Shown: in pieces, positions 12,602-24,896 of the stretch
Layout: each line of letters starts with the position of its first letter
Position numbering within the stretch: the stretch's first letter is position 1
From: Octopus sinensis
Lineage: Eukaryota
Reading direction: 5' to 3'
Length of the DNA: 64,000 bases
Assembly: GCF_006345805.1 (NCBI RefSeq)
Contig: NC_043014.1
Location: forward strand, 30,442,001-30,506,000
Position numbers and translations under genes: made by a program
Notes under the pieces: generated by a model
What the model saw: only the letters and a program-made list of their open reading frames with translations
Database searches by the model: none
What the model was told of the DNA's origin: nothing

Positions 12602-13294
12602 CAATGAAGTCAATACAATAAAAATAAAATAAAAATGCTGAAATCAAATCTGAAATAAGAGTGCAGTAACAAGCTGAGCCAAAGTGGCCCACATCTACTG
12701 CCTGGAATGGTGGATTGCAATATGAAAAAGCAGCTTGAAGTAAAAATAAAACCTACTCACTACTGCAACTACTGTTACTACATCTATTATTTCATGTAAG
12801 TATGTATGTGTGTGTGTGTATATGTATGTATGTATATATATAAATATATATATATATATTTATACGTATATACACACACAGAGTTTAAAGAAACTATCAA
12901 GCCCATACTGACGTGGAAAGTATAAAAACAAAATTAAAATGATAAATAACTAACTAACACCAAAGGAAAAACAAAAATATGAAAGCAAATATTGTTCAAG
13001 CTGCAGTGCTGAGAAAGAGTCAAGACCATTCTAATATGTTTCTAGCATAATATATCAATTTCAAATTTTGGCACAAGGCCATCAGTTTCAGAGAATGGAG
13101 TAAACCAATTACATCGACCCTCACCCGCCAGTGTTCAGCTGGTGCTTATTTTCTTGACAAAAGGATGAAAGGCAAAGTCAACCCTGGTGGCATTTGGAAT
13201 CAGAACAGAAAAGTGGATGAAATACTGCTGAGCATTTTGTCCAGCATTGCTAACTATTCTGCCATCTTGCCACCTTGTTTCTACTAACATTTTT

Positions 13295-13481
13295 TTTTTT
13301 ACTTGACTGTGGCCATGCTGGAGCACCACTTTTAGTTGAGCAAATCGCCCCCAGGACTTATTCTTTGTAAGCCTAGTACTTATTCTACCGCTAAGTTATG
13401 TGGATGCAAATACACCGGCATCGGTTGTCAAGCGATGTTGGGGGGACAAACACAGACACACACGCACACGTACATACATAC

Positions 13482-13521
<40 letters not shown>

Positions 13522-13695
13522 ATATATACAATGGGCTTCTTTCAGTTTCCATCTACCAAATCCACTCAAAAGGCTTTGGTTGACCCGAGGCTATAGTAGA
13601 AGACACTTGCCCTAGGGGCCACGCAGTGGGACTGAACCCGGAACCATGTGGTTGGTAAGCAAGCTACTTACCACACAGCCACTTCTGTGCCTATA
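13295..13695 (-). mobile_element. tRNA-headed SINE family A (~400 bp)
   Basis: Minus: GTGGCTGTGTGGTAAGTAGCTTGCTTACCAACCACATGGTTCCGGGTTCAGTCCC...GGCAAGTGTCTTCTACTATAGCC...GGTGCTCCAGCATGGCCACAGTCAA. Copies also at about 10040-10200, 14600-14760, 39570-39960, 41580-41760, 44520-44690, 49150-49556, 49940-50290, 55497-55895, 57380-57520, 59305-59400, 61175-61300, 62485-62880, 63160-63552. Confidence 0.88.
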
Positions 13696-14199
13696 TTGTA
13701 AGATATTCTGCGCCTAATATAGTAAGATATTCTAACAAGTTTCTACTACATATTAAAATGTTCAAACACAATTCAATATTGCACTATGAATGCTATGTTC
13801 AGAACTTTTCATTTCGCACAATCTCTTTGGTCTTTTGTTTGACCATTTGCTGTTGTATTTTTGATTTTTGGGAGCGGAAGGGGGGTGGGGTGGAGAGTAC
13901 GTTTTATATTCATTTTTTAAATATTGTCATTAGTGCCAATTGTTTTTTTTTTGTTTTTTGTTGTTTTTTGTCTATAATAACTAAATGCCCTTCTTACAGT
14001 ATATCAAACACTTTTCAGAGACAACATATTTGTCTCACATTTCTAGAAGAGTAATAAATGGAGAGGAATACAAATAAGTGATACAAACCCAGAAGAACCC
14101 TTAAGCTAGGAATCCCAATTCCTCAAACCACCCAACCAGGCTTTGAGGTAGTCTGGAAACAATATTGATTGCTATAACAAGGTTTTTTTCTTTCCTATA

Positions 14200-14490
14200 T
14201 CCAAAAGACTACAGCTGTCACTGTACCACTGTATCAACCAGGCTCTCAGATGTTACACATCGCTTGTCACAATGCACTTCCAATTCTTTCTTGGTTGTGC
14301 CATTTTTTTTCCATCTTGTCCGAAACTGCTTAACTTTCAAGTGGCCTTTTCCAATCTTTCGAATACTACATGGGTCCACTTGTTATCTGTGAACCTTATC
14401 TCATCCAGCAGATAAGTTCTCACAATGATATTTCTAGCATGGATCTTTCCATGACCGTTTATGTTGTGGCCAGCCACTGTACTTCCCTCA
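14200..14490 (-). mobile_element. Decayed RTE-like LINE C-terminal fragment
   Basis: Minus frames give ..VAGHN..TDNKWTHVVFE...RTRW, resembling WAGHI.R..DNRW...V.EW...GRP.TRW. Confidence 0.55.
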
Positions 14491-15716
14491 TAGCTGTAAT
14501 AAGTTCAAAATTCAACTAATAAGATTTTGATTGGAAATCTTCATTAAATGATAACAGTTAAGCATAGATACTTGGGATACATAGAAGCAAGCACAGGTAG
14601 ATGTTTAAGGAGTTTACTTCAGAAACCATGATTTCTTTGTTTTGCCCCCCACTAGGGGTTCAATCACATAGTGGAGCAACTTTGAGCAAGTGTTTGCAGC
14701 TTTGATTTAGCCAATGCCTTGTGAATCGCATTTGGGGGACTGAAACATCTTCACACACATACACACTCACACTCACATACAAACACACATATGTAGATAT
14801 GTTTGTGTGCATGTATACTTTTTAAAATGACTAAGTTACTATCAACTTCAAAGCTCAAGAAAAGCGTTTTGGCTCTACATTCATATTGAGGCCTTTTTCA
14901 GTAAGATTTGCATTCATTTTAGTTTATTAATATGTGAGTGTTTGTGTGTATGTAAGTGTAGATGGATGTGTGTGTTTGTAATTACCTGTGTGTAAATTGG
15001 TGTAAATATGTTGTAGTATTTATGTCCCTCAAAGGGAATTAACTCTACGAAGGAATATAATTCAAAGTGAACATATTAAACACAAAATAAATACTAAGGA
15101 GCAGGAGGGGGTGATATATTTTAGAAAAATCTTTGAAAGCAATGCTTACACACATGGTCATAGACTGATGCATGGAATCAGTAAAGGAATAAGACAAATT
15201 ATTGTGTGTGAGCTTGTGCATCCAGAAAGGAAGCTTTTGTCAGTAAAAAAAAAACAATAAGTGTAGAAATTATGCTTTCTACTATAGGAACAAGGACTGA
15301 AATTTTGTGGGGAGGGGCCTAGTCAATTACAATGAACCCAAAGCTCAACTGATACTTATTTCATTGACCCTGAAAAGAGAAAAGGTAAAGTGGACCTCAG
15401 CTAAATTTGAACTCAGAACATAAAGTGAAAGAAAGGTTGCTAAACATTTTGTCCGATGCAGTTATGGGTCTGCCAGATCACTGCCTTTATAATAATAAGA
15501 ATCCTTTTTACTATAGGCACATGGTCAGAAAATTTTGAGGGAGAGGACTAGTCGATTACATCGATCCCAGTGTTTCACTGGTGCTTAATTTATTGACCCC
15601 TGAAAGGATGAAAGGCAAAATCAAACTTAGCAGAATTTGAACTCAGAACGCAGCAACGAGCAAAATACTGCTAAGTATTTCGTCCAACATGCTAACGATC
15701 CTGCCAGCTTACCACC

Positions 15717-15749
<33 letters not shown>

Positions 15750-16068
15750 TTAATGTAGAAATTATTTAAGAAAGAAGAGTTCTAAGTTTGGTTAATTGGT
15801 TCTGATAATAATTGGTTAGTGATTCCCAGTACATTTATTACTCTTGTCTTCTTTCCACTTGAATCAAGAAGCTTTGCTCAAATGTATAGATGACATATAC
15901 TGACTGACAGCTGACAGCAAGTGCGAAGCAAGATGTGGTTAAAACTAGAAATCAAACTAGAGCAACTGTTGCTACGGCTGTGGCTGCTGCAGCTGCTGTT
16001 GCTGCTGCTGTTAGCAACAGGGGAGTTACCGAGATTTTGTATAACCTTTAACAAACCAATTGTATAAC

Positions 16069-16203
16069 CTCTTTCAGCTTCATCATTTTGCCATCCTTGC
16101 CGCAGGAGACAATTTCATCGGGATTAACTTTCATTTGCTTTTTGATGAACCTCAGTAGATGTTTCTGATTCATGCACGAGGATGCATGGATGTGTGTATC
16201 CAC
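16069..16203 (-). CDS. AMPD2: AMP deaminase exon with Zn-binding HxH motif
   Basis: Acceptor TCTCTTCCAG, weak donor GAG|GTTATA. VDTHIHASSCMNQKHLLRFIKKQMKVNPDEIVSCGKDGKMMKLKE. 135 nt, phase 0 to 0. Confidence 0.95.
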
Positions 16204-16589
16204 CTGGAAGAGATTAAAGTCAAAGTAAAGAAATTGGTACAATAGAGCATTGGTAAGTTATGATGAAATTTGATCTTTCGACCAATACATTACTAATAAC
16301 ATTACACATACAAACACATATATACTAAAAAGAGAACTGAGCCTATGACAAATTTATTTACTTATAATCTACACTTAATTAATTAGTACTCTAATAATTA
16401 TTGTCAAGCCATCAAACTTGTACCATTATGCAAATTAGTCTGCTTCATACTTTTAGGTACGACTGATGTAAGGACCATAAAAGATGGTAAATAGTAAATG
16501 ACAGTAAAGGCACATTCCACTTGGGAAGAAGAGATAATTTCAACAATCAAGAAATTTCCAAAATTGACATGCCATTAAGGAAAAAGGAC

Positions 16590-16990
16590 AGGTTTTATTA
16601 CGTTTATATATTTGTTTTGCAAGATTCTTGATGTGAAATCGTGTGTTGAAACAGATGTTGTTGTATTTAGGAATGGTCATGTTGCCAGTTTAGCCAATAA
16701 AAACACACACACTATATATTTGGTGTTAATTTGCTTCAGCTTTATTTATTTTTTACATTAATCTTAATCTTATTTCGGCCAGAGTTCTTTCGTCACACTT
16801 CTGTGACCTCATCAGTGGTCCTTTGCTTTCTTCTTTCTTATTTGTGTGTCTCTCCTTACTAACAGTCAGCCATTTTGTATTTTGTATTCCTATTGTATGT
16901 GTCTTTATCTTCGCATGCCCCTGTGTGTGTCTATGTTTAGTTAGTGGGGGGAGTGCCTGTAATATTTGTATCTCCTATTTATACACATTC
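16590..16990 (-). mobile_element. Penelope-like element LTR-type remnant carrying a hammerhead motif
   Basis: Contains the motif at 16777-16821. Minimal type I hammerheads are an established feature of Penelope-like pseudo-LTRs. No coding remnant seen, so the family call is inferred. Confidence 0.5.
16777..16821 (-). ncRNA. Minimal type I hammerhead ribozyme motif
   Basis: GGACCA CTGATGA G GTCACA-GAAG-TGTGAC GAAA G-AA-C TC | TGGCC: intact core, 6-bp stem II with tetraloop, 2-bp stem III, 5-bp stem I with one bulged A, CUC cleavage triplet. Confidence 0.72.
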
Positions 16991-17156
16991 ATGTAATTTG
17001 TTTTTTTGTTTGGAGATATAGAGGACAGTCATGGACATGTGTTTCCACCTCAATAAATGTCATCACCATGATGACAATTAAGGTTGGACAATTGTGTAAA
17101 TAACAATGGTAGGGGAGTGGGTTTAAACTATAACAGCATTCAACAAAATAACTGAC

Positions 17157-17286
17157 CTTTCTGATGTTGTAGAAATCACGGTGGGGCACTTCTTTTTGGG
17201 CAGCTGATTCCTTTAGTTCATTCAACAAAACATGTAATTGGTACTTGTATGATAGATAACTGAGGCGCTGGTAACAGAATGATTTC
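17157..17286 (-). CDS. AMPD2: AMP deaminase exon
   Basis: Acceptor TTATTGTTATAG, donor AAG|[49 protein letters not shown] is the hallmark AMPD segment. 130 nt, phase 2 to 0. Confidence 0.98.
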
Positions 17287-19339
17287 CTATAACAATAACA
17301 GCAACATCAAGAAGAATGTATAAAGAACAATCTTTATATTCAGCAACAGCATCAGGCTTAAATATATATAGAACTATTTGTTTAAAACCCTTTAGCATTT
17401 AGACTGGCAATATCAGACCCAAATATTTAAGCTGTTTTATGTTCAAACAGGCTAGATCTGGCCTTTCACACCTACCCTACAATGTCATTCTAAAAATAAA
17501 GTCACATCAAAATGTCAAAGCTACATGATAATACATGATTAATTCAAAGCAATGTGAAAAGATATGTATTACATTTGACAACATAATCTGAATGTTGAAG
17601 TGTTAAAACAAAATTCTAGTGTTATTTTTCTCACTATCTGTAAAGTCGAACATATTTAATACTTTATTTTCCGTTATATATTTATTTATTTATCTATTTT
17701 GTAACTGTTAATGGTATTCTAGGTATAAGCATGGATTCTAAGCACTGGTGTGGTCAAAGAGCTTGTTTAACAATTCCATGGTTCTGAGTTCCATCCCACA
17801 GTGAAGCAGCTTGAGCAAGCATTTCTTCTCAGCATTTGATGTTTGATGCCCAGGATCCACACTCACAAACTGGATAATTCATGCACTTAGCTACTAATAT
17901 ATAGAACAAACATTTGGAAGTTACAATTAGAACTCATGTCTTCAGATGGAATGCAAGCTTTCAAAAACCAAATGCACAAACACTTTTTTCATTCTCACTG
18001 TGTTGTGAACCAATAATTGTCTGCTGGAACCCTCTTGGAACAGGAAAATCCAGAGAAACTAATCTTCATGTATACATCATCATCATCACCATCATCATTT
18101 AACGTCCGTTTTCCATGCTAGCATGGGTTGGACAGTTCAACCAGTGTGATCTGGCAGTGTTTCTACAGCTGGAAAATCAAATCAGAACTATCTCCAACAT
18201 TATATGTCTATACATCGTGGAGAACAGAGTGCAGCTTTAAGTTCTCAATAAACTGAATCTGTAATTTAGGTTCAATTCCAAGTCACAGCCGTATCACATA
18301 ACCCATCTAATGGCCTTTGGAAAGTCATAAACTGCCAATCCCCCACCCTTGTATCTATGAAATCAATAAAACTGAAACCTTTTGATGGATATCTCTATTC
18401 ATCAATAAGTTTGGACAACTAACAACACATAGGAAAAGTAGTCATTCTTATATGTATGAGAGAAAGAAAGAGAGAGCGTGTGCATGCGCGCATGTGTGTG
18501 TGTGTGTGTGTATAAATGTATATATGCAGGCACACAGGAAATAGATTTACAATATCGCTAGTGAGTCAAACAAGATGCCTCACAGTACTTAGTTAAGGCA
18601 TGAGTTCAAATCCTACAGAGAAACGGGGCTGGTAAAATAAGGTACAAGTCAAGTGCCTGAGGTTGGTCTTAATATTCCTATAAATCATTCTAAATCTGAC
18701 ATTATAATAGAATATTAAGGCTAAGAAAACACACACACACGCACACACACGTATGCATACACATCGCATAAGGGAAAATGGTAAAACAATACAGTTCCAT
18801 TGCATTCTGAGTTCAAAATCTTCAATGTTCTAAATGGATGGTAGAATTAATCTGTTGCCCACCTTAATACAACCATTTGGCATCTTAGGTACCTATACCA
18901 AAGGCACCCATGATGCAAGCATTCAAGTCAGGTCTCTAGTTTGATGAGATCTTCCTCCTTCCCTCCCTTAGAACAATCATGCAACATTAAAACAAGGAGA
19001 CACAAACTTGCACACACACCCCATACACATACATATATCTTGCAAGAGCCCAGTGACGGTGCCACATAAAAAGCATCCAAGCCAGCACCATGTAAAAGGC
19101 ACCCATGCCAGCACCATGTAAGGAGCACCCCAACACACTTTGTAAAGTGATTGGTGTTAGGAAGGGCATCCAGTTATAGAAATCGTGCCAAAGCAGGCTG
19201 GAACCTGGTGCAGCTTTCCTGCTTGCCAGTTCTGGCCAAACCATCCAACCCATGCCAGCTTGGAAAACAGACTTTAAAGGATGACGATGATGACGATGGT
19301 GGTGGTGGTGGTGGTGATAGGTTCATACACACACACAGG

Positions 19340-19760
19340 CCCGCATGAGCACACACACAATGGGCTACTTTAAGGTTCTTATTTCTTTACTACCCACAAG
19401 GGGCTACACACAGAGGGGACAAACAAGGACAGACAAACAGATTAAGTCGATTATATTGACCCCAGTGCATAACTAGTACTAATTTAAGCAGCCCCGAAAG
19501 GATGAAAACCAGAGACGACCTCGGCGGAATTTGAACTCAGAACGTAACAGCAGATGAAATACCGCTAAGCATTTCGCCCAGGCATGCTAACATTTCTGCC
19601 AGCTTACCGCCTTTCAGGTTCTGTCTACCAAATCCACTCACAAGGCTTTGGTTGGTCTAGGACTCAACTAAAAGACATTTGCTCAAGGTGCCATGCAGTG
19701 GAACTGAACCCAGAACCATGTGGTTGGGAAGCAAACTTCTTACCACACAGCCATTCCTGC
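19340..19760 (-). mobile_element. SINE A interrupted by a SINE B insertion (19380-19610)
   Basis: 12-bp TSD CTTT(A/C)AGGTTCT at 19368-19379 and 19611-19622; SINE A resumes after the insert. Confidence 0.8.
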
Positions 19761-19787
19761 AAATATATAGATGGAAAAAAAACTTAC

Positions 19788-20007
19788 AATGGTCCATCAC
19801 TGATAAGTGTATACATGATATTCTGATCGTTTAGGAAAGTAGCACAGTCTGGGTATGTCCAATCAAATGGCTTGTCTTGATCCATGGATGCTTTATCGAG
19901 GTACACTTTCATCACACCATTCACCATTTTGAACGCACAATTCACACTATTTGGCAGTATACAATCAAATGGATCTCCGTCAGTTCTCGGTGCATGGATA
20001 GGGTGAT
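19788..20007 (-). CDS. AMPD2: AMP deaminase exon (missed by the ORF track)
   Basis: Acceptor GTTTTTTTCTAG, donor CCATT|GTAAGT. (D)HPIHAPRTDGDPFDCILPNSVNCAFKMVNGVMKVYLDKASMDQDKPFDWTYPDCATFLNDQNIMYTLISDGP(L). 220 nt, phase 1 to 2. Confidence 0.96.
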
Positions 20008-20252
20008 CTAGAAAAAAACAAAAACAACAGTTCTCTTACATATACACTATATTATATGCATGTGTGTGTGTGTGTGTGTTTATAAGTGAGTGTGTGCATG
20101 TGTATACATCTGTGTGTATGTATATGAATGTATGTATATAAATATGTGTGTGTATATATACATTTATATGTGTGCATGTATATGTGTGTGTGTTTCTGTA
20201 TCTATGTGTCCATGTATGTGCATGTATGTATGAATGTATGTATGTATGTGAA

Positions 20253-20295
<43 letters not shown>

Positions 20296-21764
20296 GCACA
20301 CACACACATATATATATATATATATACAAACATATATACACACACATACATAAAAATTAAGCACAGATAAATACAAACACTACAAGGAACACACAAACAA
20401 GGATACAAATATAGAAATATCTTTTCTGGTGACTGAAGTTTTGCAGTTTCAGCACATTAACAACAGGGCTGTTAGCTTCAGTGAACCAGAAGAGTTGAAA
20501 AAAAAATCTACTGCTGAAGGGTTTAGTGAAGACAACAACAAGAGATCAGGACAATGGGACATAGTACACCATGTTTACAACATGAGAGGACAAATTGAAA
20601 GCAAGTATATGAGAATGTATGGTTAAATAGATAAAAAGTATACATGATAAACATTAAAGTCTATTGACTTAGCAAAAAAAAAAAAAGAAAGGATATGAAA
20701 AATAGCCAGAATTTTTTTATTGAGACAAACAGGACAATGAACAAGTAACAAGAAATTAAACACATTGAATTTTTGACAGAAGTAAAACAGAACAAAACAG
20801 ACTGCATGTGTGTATGTGTGAGTATGTGAAATATATTTGATCTATGGCAGTATTTGTTTGATGAACAAAAATAATTATAAACTTCAGAAGAAACATGGAG
20901 ATGCAATGAATTTTGATTGAAAAAATATCATGGCAAAAAAAATTTTTTAAACAATTCATGAAAATTCTTTTTAAAAAAATGGAATAAATACAAAACAAAA
21001 ATCAATACTATCAAGTTTAATGCATGTACAAATAATGCAGAAATATAAAGACAATGTAAAATCACTAACAGGTCATACAAAAACTTAGCGATTTTAGAAA
21101 AAACACAAATATGGCATGCCAATAAGGAAGCCCTCTACATGGTCACTCACTCTGCTGGAAATAGTAGCTAAATATACTTCAAATAACTTTGTACTGCTCT
21201 AGTACTAGCAGGACATATTTGTTAATGTATTATTAGACAATTTATGCTTAAAATATAAGACATGATGGTCACAGCTGGAACATCTTTGATAATATGCCTG
21301 CTCAATCAGGGCTGACTTAATGCTAAACAACAACTTTTACCAATATCAGAAGCGATCACATTTGTGTGGTACATTACTAATGAATCTACCATTACTAGGT
21401 GACTGTAGCAAGCCTTTGCAATGTAAGCAATACTTAGTCATCAATAATGGAAATCATTGTAGCTGAAGTGTAAAATTGTAGCTGAAGAGAGCCACCATGA
21501 AAGCTTCAATGACAGTCCCATCAATTGGCTAACAGCCAAATTCCTTAAAATCTCACCCTACCTTTTTAAAAAGGGAAAGCCACAACCTATTCTTTCTGCA
21601 GAATCTATTTCACAATCAAACAAAAATATACGTACACATATATAAATATGTACATTCACACACAGACACACAAAATGTTTGTCAGTGCATGATTTCAATA
21701 AGTTACTGCTATTTCATTTATTGCTGATATATTTGCTTTTCATACAAAATCTTTACCTTTCATC

Positions 21765-22445
21765 TTTTATTTGTTTCAGTCATTAGACTGGAGCCATACT
21801 GGGGCACTGCAGTACTTTTTTATTATTTTTTTTTTAAAGCTTGGTACTTATTTTATCAATGCTTTCTGCTAAACTGCTAAGTTACGGGTATGTAAACACA
21901 TCAACAGCGGTTGTAAAGTGGTAATAGGGGACAAACATAGATACAAAGACACACATACACGAGCTTCTTTCAGTTTCTGCCTACTAAATCCACTCATGGA
22001 AGTGCAATGGCCCAGTGGTTAGGGCAGCAGACTCATGGTCGGAGTATCGCGGTTTCAATTCCCAGACCAGGCGTTGTGTGTGTTTATTGAGCGAAAACAC
22101 CTACAAGCTCCACGAGGCTCCGGTAGGGGGTGGTGGAGACCCCTGTTGTACTCCTTCACCATAACTTTCTCTCACTCTCTCTTCCTGTTTCTTGAGTAAC
22201 GCTGCGATGGACTGGCATCCCGTCCAGCTGGGGGGGAACGACGACGACACAGAAACCGGGAAACCGGGCCCATGAGCCTGGCTCGGCTTGATAAGGGCGA
22301 TGTTTATCGTTTCTTTTGAAATCCACTCACAAGGCTTTGGTTGGCCCAAAGCTATAGTAGAAGACACTTGCTCAAGGTGTTACATAGTGGGACTGAACCT
22401 GGAACCATGTCGTTAGGAAGCATGCTTCTTACCAAACACCCACAC
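21765..22445 (-). mobile_element. SINE A interrupted by a plus-strand SINE (21997-22318)
   Basis: Perfect 11-bp TSD AAATCCACTCA at 21986-21996 and 22319-22329. The insert has head TGGCCCAGTGGTTAGGGCAGCAGACTC...GGTTTCAATTCCC. Confidence 0.88.
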
Positions 22446-22736
22446 CAGCATCTATATATGTGTGTGTTTATTCATTGGTTACCATTACTGATTTCCACAC
22501 TACATACCTTTACTAAATTATCTCTACTATTCCCAGAGAAGTATCGCGAAGATATCTGCTATAAATGGCTTCCTCTGTTCATCACTAAAGACACTCACCA
22601 TTGAAACATATTCAAACCAAAACAACTCTGTCAAGAATGGAGCAGTGTATTACCTGCACAACAACCCCCACTTTATGACTACTGCACTAGATTACATTCC
22701 AACTAGTGAGAAAAAATCCCAAAATAAACACATTAT

Positions 22737-23148
22737 TTAACCCTTTTGTTACCATATTTGTCTTGAAATACACTGCCTTTGTTCTAATTGATTTTGAAAC
22801 TAATGAATAATTTAGTGAAATAACTTTATCATTATTAAGTTGGTGTTTCAAAATTAAGCTAATATGAAATTTTGATGGAAGGGTTAAATTTAGCTCACCA
22901 AATATTCTATTTTATATTCAAATTGGCCAAATCTAGCCTCTCACACCTATCCTACAATGTCATGCTAGGAACAGGTGATAACATGATATAAATCTCAAAG
23001 CTATGAGATAATCCATGATTAATTCAAAACAATGTGGATAAATAAGCATTACAGTTGATTGAGTAAACCGAATGCTAAAGGGTTAAAAAACGAAGTTTAT
23101 ATCACAAAACAAAAGGTATTTTCAGCCATGTTGGTTCCAAAAGGGTTA
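22737..23148. mobile_element. MITE C2 with a partial MITE C nested inside
   Basis: Outer TTAACCCTTTTGTTAC ... CCAAAAGGGTTAA; inner family-C body at about 22900-23086 ending AATGCTAAAGGGTTAA. Confidence 0.65.
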
Positions 23149-24361
23149 AGATGATGTTATAATTTCATTTCCTCAAATGAATATATTTCAGACAATTTGG
23201 TGGGGTTTTTGTTTTCTATTCTTTTAGAAAGGAAACATTCTCTTACATTTTCTCCCTTTCCAACTTAAAAAAAAAAACTGTGATGAAGTGAGCCACCATG
23301 GAAGCTTCAATGACAATCCCATCAACTGGCTAACAGCCAAATTCCCTAAAATCTCACCCTACCTTTTTAAAAAGGGAAAGCTACAACCTTTCCTTTCCGC
23401 AGAATCTATTTCACAATCAAACAAAAACTGTTATAATTAGTTAAATTATTAGTGTGAACATATTTAATGCAGGGAACATTAAGAAGGTTAACTAGAAATA
23501 CAAAGGCAAGGAGAAAAAAAAAAAACAGGCATGTACAGGAGATAACACCATACATGTTTTGGTCTTATTCTGACCTCATCAATAAATCATAACTTTCCTC
23601 ATACTTGCAAAGTATTGATGGGAGAATCACTAAGTAAATATACAAGATTGTGTATGTATATTGGTTAGTGGATGATGGCAAACTAAATTTCGTCAAAATA
23701 GTCAATGAAAACAACTGATTAGGGTTTTTCCACAGTATCATAGAACCCAAGAAATTCTACATTTTACATTACCTTCAATGCCCTTCATGCATTGGTGATC
23801 GTTAGAAGTTATATCTGATGCTGAAAATTATGAAGATAACCAAACGAATTTGGTTGATTATTTTTAATATTGATTATTCAATTAATTTACATTGGAAAAC
23901 AAACAATATTATTGGCAGTTGTTATACAAGTAATCATAAGAATGCCTGACAAGATGTTAAAAGGAATGCTGATAATGAACACACACATATGTACGGTTGA
24001 TAACAAATAATTGAAATATTTTTGAGGATGATAATGATAATGATACCGATAATGATAATGAAGCTTTCTTAATTACATGACTCACACATATGATGACAAT
24101 AAATCAAGTGGTAAAAGGACTTGTTGGTATGCATGCATTTTCCATGCTCATTGTAATGAAAAAAGAGTGTTTATTCTGAGCCATATAGTCTCCTTCAAGA
24201 AAATCTTAACACTTCTTTTTTGCTATTGTTACAAGATCCTTAAAATCTTCATCGTCATATGCGCGGGTTGGACAATTCAACATGAACTGACCCACACCAG
24301 CATAGAAAAAGGCATCTAAATGATGATGCTGGCATGCATGTATGTATGTACGTACATGTAT

Positions 24362-24434
<73 letters not shown>

Positions 24435-24820
24435 GAGTGTATTTTTGCCTTGTTAACACGGTTATAGAGCATGCATACCAATGTAAACATTGGCAAAAAC
24501 ACACCTTTAGTGCATATAAGTAATCTCTATCATTATATATAATTTAAACATTAATTTCCTTTATATTTAACATTCACTATTAATATCCCTACTCTTTCTA
24601 TAAGCTACTTCTGACGTTATATTTTCAAACAATATTAATAGCGTTCAGTAAATCACTATATATATCCATCATTTTTTGCTAAAATGTCTTATTGACAAGT
24701 TTCGTTTTTTCACTTTCCTTGCATTGTTTTATACCATTTATTCTTTTGAATAATATCAGTGGAATCTTCAAAACATGTGTCAAAAGTAAAAGTATTTGAT
24801 TTATACCTGCATTAAACTCC

Positions 24821-24879
<59 letters not shown>

Positions 24880-24896
24880 ATAAATATATATATATA

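Noticed and set aside
15960-16020. CAG/GCA-rich polyGln/polyAla-like stretch downstream of exon 16069
   Set aside because: It lies after the donor and in-frame stops; an intronic trinucleotide tract.
21997-22070. tRNA gene-like A and B boxes (also at the heads of SINE A, B, E and H)
   Set aside because: No complete cloverleaf, and each continues into a SINE body; these are tRNA-derived heads.
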